54,925 nt of DNA from an uncultured Eubacteriales bacterium (GTDB lineage: Bacteria > Bacillota > Clostridia > Acetivibrionales > CAYWGM01): contig CAYWGM010000003.1 of assembly GCA_964457875.1 (NCBI GenBank), positions 1 through 54,925 of the forward strand. Reading direction: 5' to 3'. A program made the translations under genes and the position numbers. Of this stretch, positions 47,937-54,925 are shown in pieces; the first letter of the stretch is position 1, and every line of letters starts with the position of its first letter. The notes under the pieces were generated by a model. The model did not search any database. It was not told the DNA's origin and worked only from the letters and a program-made list of their open reading frames with translations.

Positions 47937-49670
47937 TCATAAACCTTTTTTCATTATTTCGGAAGCGATATCATTAAAAACAGGGGCCGCTGCGGTTCTT
48001 CCATTTCTTCCGTTTTCAATAAAAACCGCAATGGAATACTTTGGATCCTTTGCAGGGAAATATCCCGCAAACCACGCGTGCACGACCATTTTCCCATCCT
48101 TATACTGACCTGTTTCCGCGCTGCCTGTTTTTCCGCACGCGCCGCCATACTGTGCGATATCATAACCGGCTCCGGTCCCGTCGGTCATAACTCCTCTCAT
48201 AAGCCCGCCGATAAAGCGTGCCGTAGATGACGGAATAATCCTCTTCCACGAATTGACCCTTATATTCCTTATTTTCTTACCATTCTGATCCACAATAGAA
48301 TCTATGATATTGACCCTGTTATTTATACCTCCGTTGGCGATAGTCGCCGCGATATTCGCGACCTGTACCGGAGTTGCCATTATCGTTCCCTGACCTATTG
48401 ACATATTTGCGATATCACCATTTGAATAATAAGCGTCCGCAGGCGGAAGCAGCCCGGGAGATTCCTCCAGGTTCTGTGACCTTATACCCGTTTCCATGCC
48501 AAGGCCGAAATCAGCCGCCATTTTCACAAGCGTACGAAAGCCGGTTTGCATCGAAGCATTTATGAAATACGGGTTACAGGATACTGCGAATGCCTTTTCA
48601 AGATCGATATGCCCATGGCCGCCGGTCTGATGCGACGAGCATTTAAAGATATTGGATCCGACCTTTATGGATCCACTGCACACATAGTCGTCCAGGTTCA
48701 TTTTTTCTGAATCAGAACCGCCTGATATTGCCGCTTCCGCCATTGCGGCGACATCTATTATCTTAAATACCGATCCAAGGTTGTATGATGCTACCGCCCG
48801 GTTAAAAAGCTCCATTCCCGCGCTTCCGAAATATTGGGAAACCTTGTTCTGGTCGAAATCCGGCTTGCTCGCAATAGCCGCGATGCTGCCGTCAAGAACG
48901 TTCTCAACCACAACGGCGCCGGCCACATTATGCCTCGCCATCACTTCTTCAACGATTTCCTGTATTTGAACATCAATAGTGGTCTTCACGTTATAAGGCT
49001 GTGGCTGGCCGGCATGATCATGAGGCATGCCTTCATGAAGGGTCAGGATACTGTAGCCCAATCCCGTAAGCGGCGTTTTCCTCGCGTCGGCATATGACAC
49101 GGCCGCCAGCGCCATACCTGAAGTAAGCTCTTCATTATAGCTTTTTTCAATGCCGCTGGCTCCGGAATCATCACTATCATTTAAATAGCCGGTAAGATGC
49201 CTGGCAAGCGAGCTACCGTCATATCTGCCGGTTATGTGAATGATGGATACTCCTTTATCCATGACATTATCCGGATTGATACGCTTGAATCCTTCAGCGT
49301 CCTCCAGACCTACCCCGAATACCGGCGGACTTTTCGAGCTGCTGACCGATGCCGCGACATCAACATAATCAAGTTTAAGCATATTGCAGATCTCGATTAA
49401 CAGATCCGATTGGACGGCGTTTGCACCGGTCTTTACAAGCCATGGCTGTATTACTGCGAACGCCTTTTGTCCTGCTGAAGTCAATGAAATGCCATTTTTA
49501 TCAAGAATAGATCCTCTTGGACGCTCAATGACGGTATAAAGTATCCTTTGGGCCGTCGCGGCCTTCGAAAGGCCTTCGCCCGAAAATAACTGCAAACCCG
49601 AGAACCTTATTAGCGCTAATATAAAAAATAGCAGGATCGCATATCTGATTATATTGATTCTCTTCTTCAC
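47937..49670 (-). CDS. class B penicillin-binding protein (PBP2/SpoVD-like transpeptidase, no PASTA)
   Basis: N-terminal TM, SxxK (GSVFKI), SxN (VSCNP) and KTG (GKTGSAE) motifs. GTG start. Confidence 0.88.
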   Translation of the reverse strand: MKKRINIIRYAILLFFILALIRFSGLQLFSGEGLSKAATAQRILYTVIERPRGSILDKNGISLTSAGQKAFAVIQPWLVKTGANAVQSDLLIEICNMLKLDYVDVAASVSSSKSPPVFGVGLEDAEGFKRINPDNVMDKGVSIIHITGRYDGSSLARHLTGYLNDSDDSGASGIEKSYNEELTSGMALAAVSYADARKTPLTGLGYSILTLHEGMPHDHAGQPQPYNVKTTIDVQIQEIVEEVMARHNVAGAVVVENVLDGSIAAIASKPDFDQNKVSQYFGSAGMELFNRAVASYNLGSVFKIIDVAAMAEAAISGGSDSEKMNLDDYVCSGSIKVGSNIFKCSSHQTGGHGHIDLEKAFAVSCNPYFINASMQTGFRTLVKMAADFGLGMETGIRSQNLEESPGLLPPADAYYSNGDIANMSIGQGTIMATPVQVANIAATIANGGINNRVNIIDSIVDQNGKKIRNIRVNSWKRIIPSSTARFIGGLMRGVMTDGTGAGYDIAQYGGACGKTGSAETGQYKDGKMVVHAWFAGYFPAKDPKYSIAVFIENGRNGRTAAAPVFNDIASEIMKKGL

Positions 49671-49709
49671 ATATAAATCTTTTGCCTTTTCTTAGGTGTT
49701 TATACGGGA

Positions 49710-50936
49710 TTATGCAGAAGGGCGGCGTAAAATCGAATATTCAGGCACAGGCCTGTCAATTCCGAGTTTAATTTTCATCCGAGGGTGAGGAGCGCTCTCG
49801 ATCAACGCGCCGCCCTCATCGGTCATTTTGCTGATTTTCTGGTGAAAAAACGGCCCTTTAGGAGGTACGACCTCAACATCATCTCCGGTAATTAATTTGT
49901 TACGCTGTTCAACCGTGGCAATACCTGTTCCATTGTCATAATCAAGAACAATACCGATGAAATCATAATCCCTGATATACGACGATGATTCATACGACTG
50001 ACATTCCGGGCCGGTTCCGCCAAAATAAAATCCTGTGGCATACTCCCTGTGGCTTGCTTTTGAAACTTCATCAAACCATTTTTCTTCGAACCGCCAGGCG
50101 TCAGGAGAAGAATAATATGAATCGATGGCTTCCCTGTATGCTTTCGTAACGGTTGCTACGTAGTATGAACTCTTCATCCTTCCTTCGATCTTCAGACCCG
50201 TTATTCCCGTTTCCGCCAACTCGCTGATATGACGGATCATGCACAGATCTTTGGAGTTCAATATAAAAGAGCCGCTCTCATCTTCCAGAACAGGAAAATA
50301 CTCGCCCGGGCGCGTTTCTTCAACCAAATGGTACTTCCATCTGCAGGGATGTGAGCAAAGCCCCGAGTTCGAATCCCTTCCTGCAAGATAACTGCTCAGA
50401 AGGCACCTGCCGGAATAAGAGATGCACATCGAACCATGAATAAAGGCCTCCAACTCAAGATCTTGAGGGGTGTTCCTCCTGATTTCCGATATTTCTGCAA
50501 GTGAGAGTTCCCGGGCAAGGATAATTCTTTTTACGCCTGCCTCATACCAGAATTGTGCGCTCATCCAGTTTGTCGTATTTGCCTGTGTGCTCAAATGTAT
50601 TGCCATATCAGGCATGAGCCGCCTGACAAGGATAAGAGCCGCTGGATCTGATAATATGACCGCATCTATCCCGGTGTCGGCGATAGTCCTGATGTATTGC
50701 TCCACAGCGTCAACATCCCTGTTATGCAGGATCGAATTCAAAGCAAGATATACCTTGCAGCCCTTTAAATGGGCAAACCTTATGCCGTCTTCCATATCCG
50801 GCAGGTTGAAATTGCCGGCGTATGCCCTGAGACTGAACTCCTCTCCGCCAAGATATACGGCATCGGCGCCATACATGACCGCCATTTTTAATTTTTCAAG
50901 ATTTCCTGCCGGGGACAATAATTCGGCTTTTGTCAT
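49710..50936 (-). CDS. peptidase U32 family protein (YrrO/TrhP-like)
   Basis: MTKAELLSPAGNLEKLKMAVMYGADAVYLGG is the typical U32 N-terminus. Lies next to the YrrM-like methyltransferase and mltG, as in B. subtilis yrrL-yrrM-yrrN-yrrO. Confidence 0.9.
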   Translation of the reverse strand: MTKAELLSPAGNLEKLKMAVMYGADAVYLGGEEFSLRAYAGNFNLPDMEDGIRFAHLKGCKVYLALNSILHNRDVDAVEQYIRTIADTGIDAVILSDPAALILVRRLMPDMAIHLSTQANTTNWMSAQFWYEAGVKRIILARELSLAEISEIRRNTPQDLELEAFIHGSMCISYSGRCLLSSYLAGRDSNSGLCSHPCRWKYHLVEETRPGEYFPVLEDESGSFILNSKDLCMIRHISELAETGITGLKIEGRMKSSYYVATVTKAYREAIDSYYSSPDAWRFEEKWFDEVSKASHREYATGFYFGGTGPECQSYESSSYIRDYDFIGIVLDYDNGTGIATVEQRNKLITGDDVEVVPPKGPFFHQKISKMTDEGGALIESAPHPRMKIKLGIDRPVPEYSILRRPSA

Positions 50937-50954
50937 GTCATCCTTTTCCCTTTA

Positions 50955-51542
50955 TCACATCTTCAGGCTCAGCGCTATTCCGTCTCCCATCGGAATGACC
51001 ACAGTCTCCAACGAAGGATCATCATTTAATCTATCAAGATATTCTCTCAATCTGCATACTATGGTCCGGCTTTTTCTCGGCACGGATCCGCCGCTTCCTT
51101 GCGTCATCCCCCTGAAAAGCACATTATCAGAGATAAGCATACCGCCCTGCCTCAAAAGACGGAGGCATTCAGGAAGAAATTCCGGATACTGCCCCTTCGA
51201 GGCATCGAGAAATATCATATCGTATTCTTTTTCCAGACACATCAAAACTTCCAGGGCGTCCCCTTCAATAATATTTATCTTTTCGGCAACGCCTGCCGCT
51301 TTTATGTTATGCATAGCGGCAACAACGGATGCACTATCCTTTTCAATCGTATCGATCCGCCCGCCGGCGGTTATGATCTGTGCCATGGTTATTGCAGAAT
51401 AGCCTATCGCAGTCCCGATTTCCAGGACTCTTGACGGTTTGATAAGATATGTCGTGATTTTTAGCAATTTTATAAGATCAGGTGACGCAATCGGTATATG
51501 ATGCCGATATGCGTACTCTTCCATTGTATCGAAAACATTCAT
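50955..51542 (-). CDS. trmR: class I SAM-dependent O-methyltransferase (YrrM/TrmR-like)
   Basis: SAM-binding motif VLEIGTAIGYS. 195 aa. ATGA overlap with mltG. Synteny with B. subtilis yrrM. Confidence 0.75.
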   Translation of the reverse strand: MNVFDTMEEYAYRHHIPIASPDLIKLLKITTYLIKPSRVLEIGTAIGYSAITMAQIITAGGRIDTIEKDSASVVAAMHNIKAAGVAEKINIIEGDALEVLMCLEKEYDMIFLDASKGQYPEFLPECLRLLRQGGMLISDNVLFRGMTQGSGGSVPRKSRTIVCRLREYLDRLNDDPSLETVVIPMGDGIALSLKM

Positions 51543-52732
51543 TCGCTCTGCGCGGCTCTGTTCTTTTCAGCCTTTTTTATGGCTGCCAGATGCTCATTGT
51601 ATGTCTTTGAAAAATAATGGCCTCCCGTACCGTCATCTTTTGCAACAAAGTAATAGTACCCATGTTCTTCAGGGTAAAGAGCCGCGTCTATCGATGCCCT
51701 TCCAGGCGAGCATATCGGCCCCGGAGGCAGACCGGGGTACATATAAGTATTGTAAGGATCATCTATCTTCTCGTCGTCAAGAGTAATAAACTCTTTAATG
51801 ACACCCGTCCTATTGAACAGGATGTACTGAAGCGTTGCGCACGACTGAAGCCTGTTAAGAGGCGCCTTGCTCTTCAGCCGGTTATGGAACACGCCCGAAA
51901 CCACAGGCCTTTCCTCATCCACCCGAGCTTCCTTTTCGATCAGAGATGCAAGTATGAGAACCTGATCCATGTTCTTGAATTTCAATTGCTTCGCGCGTTC
52001 ATAGTATTCAGGTACGATGACAGAATTAAACTGATCGAGCATCTTCTGAATTATCTTCTTCTCACCGCCCTTGATATCAAAGGTGTATGTGTCCGGGAAG
52101 AGATACCCCTCCAGCCTGTGGGGCCTTTGAGGGATATCCTTCATGAACTTGTAATCAAAACTCTCATTTTCCGCTATCTGATCGAATTTTTCCTTGTTTA
52201 TCAATTTGCTATTAGAGAGGATCTCAATTATTTCCTTGTAATTTTTACCTTCAGGGATCATCACATTTATGGTGGGATTATCAAGCGGTTTGCTGGCCAG
52301 TATTTTCATAAGCCTTTCATATCCGCTCAGGCTGTTGTAATCAATGCCTTTTTCCAAAAGATGGATTCCGGACAAATACGTGCCGTCATAACCGATGAAC
52401 ATCGATAAAGCCCTGAAAAGATTTGGGTATTTAATTATGCCGTTTTTAACCATGATATCGATGATTTGCTGCGTTGAAGAACCCATAGGGATCTCAAGCT
52501 GAATGGCGTTTCCCGGGTCGACTTCTATGTCGGCTTTATTAATATCTGTCACTGAACTGTTCAATGCGTACACATACGAAAGGTAACCGCTTACCAGTGT
52601 CATGCCGAGTATGAACATAACGGCGATCAGCCAGAATATCCTCGGGCGACTGTTTTTTCTTTTCTTTTTTCCACCCGGTCTCTTCATATCGATACTTTCA
52701 TAAGCGTTCATCCTGCGCATCTCGCTTATCAC
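51539..52732 (-). CDS. mltG: endolytic murein transglycosylase MltG (YceG-like)
   Basis: N-terminal TM, then a YceG domain (LEGYLFPDTY, ASLIEKEA motifs). GTG start with AGGAG 6 nt upstream. Confidence 0.92.
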   Translation of the reverse strand: MISEMRRMNAYESIDMKRPGGKKKRKNSRPRIFWLIAVMFILGMTLVSGYLSYVYALNSSVTDINKADIEVDPGNAIQLEIPMGSSTQQIIDIMVKNGIIKYPNLFRALSMFIGYDGTYLSGIHLLEKGIDYNSLSGYERLMKILASKPLDNPTINVMIPEGKNYKEIIEILSNSKLINKEKFDQIAENESFDYKFMKDIPQRPHRLEGYLFPDTYTFDIKGGEKKIIQKMLDQFNSVIVPEYYERAKQLKFKNMDQVLILASLIEKEARVDEERPVVSGVFHNRLKSKAPLNRLQSCATLQYILFNRTGVIKEFITLDDEKIDDPYNTYMYPGLPPGPICSPGRASIDAALYPEEHGYYYFVAKDDGTGGHYFSKTYNEHLAAIKKAEKNRAAQSE

Positions 52733-52786
52733 GGCACACTCCTGTGTTATAATCCATTTGTTTACGTAACCCCATTATAACCCATA

Positions 52787-54289
52787 TCAGTATGTGTGCG
52801 CAATCTCAGCCGCTATTGAATCGTAATCCTTCAATACTTCGAGGAATCTCTGCACAATGAAAAAGTCAAACTGGGTGCCCGCACCATTTATGAGCTGCTT
52901 TTTGGCCTGTGAGATATCAAGTTTCGATCTGTAAAGCCGGTCGGACATCATTGCGTCGAATGCATCTGCCACCGCGATTATCCGAGCCATAAAGGGTATA
53001 TCCTCGCCTTTCAGCTTTTCAGGATAGCCTTCCCCGTCGATCCTTTCATGATGGCTTTTCACCAGCGGCACAATATCTTTGAACATCGAAACCGCAGAAA
53101 GTATGTGGGCTCCTTTGAGCGGATGCTTTTTTATCTCATCGAACTCATCTTTATTGAGCTTGTCGGATTTCAACAGGATATCATCTGTTGTCCCTATCTT
53201 GCCCACATCATGGAATATTCCGCTTATCCTCAGCTTTTCGATTTCATCTTCATTGAGCCCCAATGCCCTCCCGATCCTTGTCGCATAATATGCCACCCTA
53301 TCTGAATGTCCGCGCGTATATACATCCTTGGCATCAACAGCAAGCCTGAGTGCCTCGATGGTATCCATATACCGGATCCTCAATTGGTCATACGTCCTGT
53401 TGAGTTCCTCATTCTTTATGTTCACCATTGAGTGCAGAAACGCATTGTTGATGGAAGAGGCCGCCTGACTGGCATAAATCTCAAGAAGCTTTATCCCTTC
53501 ATCAATATTCGTACCTTCGACATAAATGATACCGATAGCCTGCAGATACTCATTGACAAATGGCAGAATTATACCTTCGGAGAGTTTGACAAACTGCTTT
53601 GACAAGCGGGCCTGACCTATGCTCTCCATCATTTCGGGACTCAGCATCTCCATAAAATCATCGATTTCCCTCTTGTATTTCCCTATGCCCCTGAATATGC
53701 TTCTCCGCTCGATCGTGCTCAACCCTGTTATATCGTCGACAAGGATGAATGCATCGTCGCTGTCGACAAGCGGCATTATCTCGGTCAATATGTCCTCAAG
53801 AATGTTGCCTATAGGCTGAAGCTGATAGATCCTGGGGACAGCCTGCAGTATCTTGTTCAATCCGTCCCTGAATTTCTTGATGGTGCGCATCTGTGATATC
53901 GACTTGATGCCGGATTCGACAAGGAGCAGCAGCTGGTCGAACCTGTCGCCTTTTTCGCAGTACCCTTGTATGTCCAGCTCCCTTATTGTTTCAAGCGGCG
54001 GAGCCAGATCCTTATGTCCTGTCAGAAGCAGGATATATAAATCCGTATTGAACTTCCTTATTTCCTCTACGACCTTATCGCCATGTATCGGGCTCATGAG
54101 AAAGTCCAATATGAGCAGGTCGAAATGTCCGTCTCTGATTGTTTGGATGGCCTCCAACGGGTCCGACAGCCCTGTAAAATTATACCCGCTTTTTCTCAAT
54201 ACCACTGAAAGCGTATCGATGATCCCCTGTTCATCATCAATTACAATAATATTGTACTCTGTCTTAGCTTCATTAGCTTTTCTTCTCAA
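52787..54289 (-). CDS. response regulator with REC, a middle sensory-like region, and an HD-GYP phosphohydrolase domain
   Basis: REC domain (IIVIDDE...LLILDFLM...LLLTGH). HD-GYP domain (HSDRVAYY, FHDVGKIG, HHERIDGEGYP). TTG start after GGGGGGTG. Confidence 0.88.
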   Translation of the reverse strand: MRRKANEAKTEYNIIVIDDEQGIIDTLSVVLRKSGYNFTGLSDPLEAIQTIRDGHFDLLILDFLMSPIHGDKVVEEIRKFNTDLYILLLTGHKDLAPPLETIRELDIQGYCEKGDRFDQLLLLVESGIKSISQMRTIKKFRDGLNKILQAVPRIYQLQPIGNILEDILTEIMPLVDSDDAFILVDDITGLSTIERRSIFRGIGKYKREIDDFMEMLSPEMMESIGQARLSKQFVKLSEGIILPFVNEYLQAIGIIYVEGTNIDEGIKLLEIYASQAASSINNAFLHSMVNIKNEELNRTYDQLRIRYMDTIEALRLAVDAKDVYTRGHSDRVAYYATRIGRALGLNEDEIEKLRISGIFHDVGKIGTTDDILLKSDKLNKDEFDEIKKHPLKGAHILSAVSMFKDIVPLVKSHHERIDGEGYPEKLKGEDIPFMARIIAVADAFDAMMSDRLYRSKLDISQAKKQLINGAGTQFDFFIVQRFLEVLKDYDSIAAEIAHTY

Positions 54290-54307
54290 AAATCAGCACC
54301 CCCCTGA

Positions 54308-54925
54308 TCAGCTTAATTGCTTCAAATCTGCTACTTCTGCTTCTTCCGAATCATCTGCATCTTTTACTTCGTCAGTAACCGCTGTATTGTCTGCGTCTTC
54401 CAGTTCCTCATCCTTTTCTGATTGCTCAGCCCCCCCTGAAATTACAGTCTCTTCAATCTCATTCGCAATAGCCGGCAAAGAGATGTAGAATGTCGTTCCT
54501 GCTCCCAGCGTGGATTCAAACCACATGTCTCCGCCAAACCGGCCCTTTATTGTAGAATATGACATGTACAATCCCAGACCTGTGCCGTTCTTGCCTTTTG
54601 TCGTTACCATCTCATGAAATATCCTATGCTGGACCGCAGGATCGATCCCTTTTGCATAATCACTTATGGAAAATAATATATTACCTTCTTCATTTTTAAC
54701 AATGCCAAAATCTATTTTGCCGCTCTTTTCACGGTATGCCTGTATCGCATTTATGATGATATTATCGAATATCTGCACGAGGCTGTTCAACTCTCCTTTT
54801 ATAACAGTCGCCATGTCTATGTTGAAGTTTGTTTCAAGGATACAGTGATATTTCTTCAACTCATGTTTCATAAGGATATTTATCCGTTTGATCAGTTCGT
54901 CGACGGTGAAATCCTCGGATGTGGA
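54308..54925 (-). CDS. sensor histidine kinase, C-terminal part only (gene runs off the right edge), with an acidic tail
   Basis: HATPase_c N-box (IIINAIQAY) and G-boxes (DYAKGID, GTGLGLYMS). The frame stays open to the window end. The last ~45 aa are rich in Asp and Glu. Confidence 0.8.
   Translation of the reverse strand, partial: STSEDFTVDELIKRINILMKHELKKYHCILETNFNIDMATVIKGELNSLVQIFDNIIINAIQAYREKSGKIDFGIVKNEEGNILFSISDYAKGIDPAVQHRIFHEMVTTKGKNGTGLGLYMSYSTIKGRFGGDMWFESTLGAGTTFYISLPAIANEIEETVISGGAEQSEKDEELEDADNTAVTDEVKDADDSEEAEVADLKQLS

Noticed and set aside
50470-51402. 310 aa plus-strand ORF spanning the U32 peptidase / methyltransferase junction
   Set aside because: It lies entirely antisense to two well-supported minus-strand genes. 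The product is Ser/Ile/Ala-rich and low-complexity with no motif and no SD. This is a typical shadow ORF of a codon-biased antisense frame.
52762-52769. TTACGTAA palindrome and two GGnTTATAA repeats in the gap between the response regulator and mltG
   Set aside because: The palindrome is short, AT-rich and expected by chance. The TTATAAT copy is more simply a -10 element for mltG. There is no supporting partner site.
29-54848. All other plus-strand ORFs in the track except 25174-25785 (for example 51617-52408, 41527-42249, 13559-14224, 53853-54488, 5415-5969, 6564-7130)
   Set aside because: Each lies inside a minus-strand gene with clear family motifs. None has a convincing SD or motif. They are treated as antisense artefacts.
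1-54925. Search for mobile elements, CRISPR arrays, rRNA or tRNA genes
   Set aside because: I could see no transposase, integrase or recombinase motifs, no inverted terminal repeats, no regularly spaced repeats, and no rRNA- or tRNA-like sequences.

Overview
Core chromosomal region of a mid-GC, endospore-forming Firmicute (Clostridia-like gene content and order). I call 54 protein genes, and 53 of them are on the minus strand. I found no rRNA, tRNA, CRISPR array, transposase or integrase. Read along the minus strand from high to low coordinates, the window contains: a partial histidine kinase plus a REC/HD-GYP response regulator; mltG, a TrmR-like O-methyltransferase and a U32 peptidase; a SpoVD-like PBP; sigK; rpsB-tsf-pyrH-frr-(78 aa ORF)-uppS-cdsA-dxr-rseP-ispG; rimP-nusA-ylxR-infB-rbfA-nrnA-truB-ribF; hypF-hypC-hypD-hypE; one plus-strand membrane gene; two M16 peptidases; lgt; rodA; the dcw cluster mraZ-rsmH-ftsL-pbp-murE-murF-mraY-ftsW-murG-murA-ftsQ-sbp-ftsA-ftsZ; spoIIGA-sigE-sigG; ylmC; and nrdR. 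At the left edge there is a 354 aa protein with an N-terminal TIR domain and an unrecognisable C-terminal domain, followed by a truncated small ORF. Many ORF-track starts are TTG or GTG, or are upstream over-extensions. I re-picked several starts from Shine-Dalgarno (SD) context. The most unusual element is the TIR-domain gene, whose ATG lies 1 nt after the nrdR stop codon. Other points worth a second look: a hypFCDE block without hypA/B or hydrogenase genes, sitting where rpsO-pnp is expected; MraZ operator repeats; a structured 254 nt spacer inside the dcw operon; a promoter plus leader hairpin upstream of rimP-nusA; a structured rpsB leader; and a small ORF coupled at both ends between frr and uppS. 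All family assignments come from motif recognition by eye. No database search was run.
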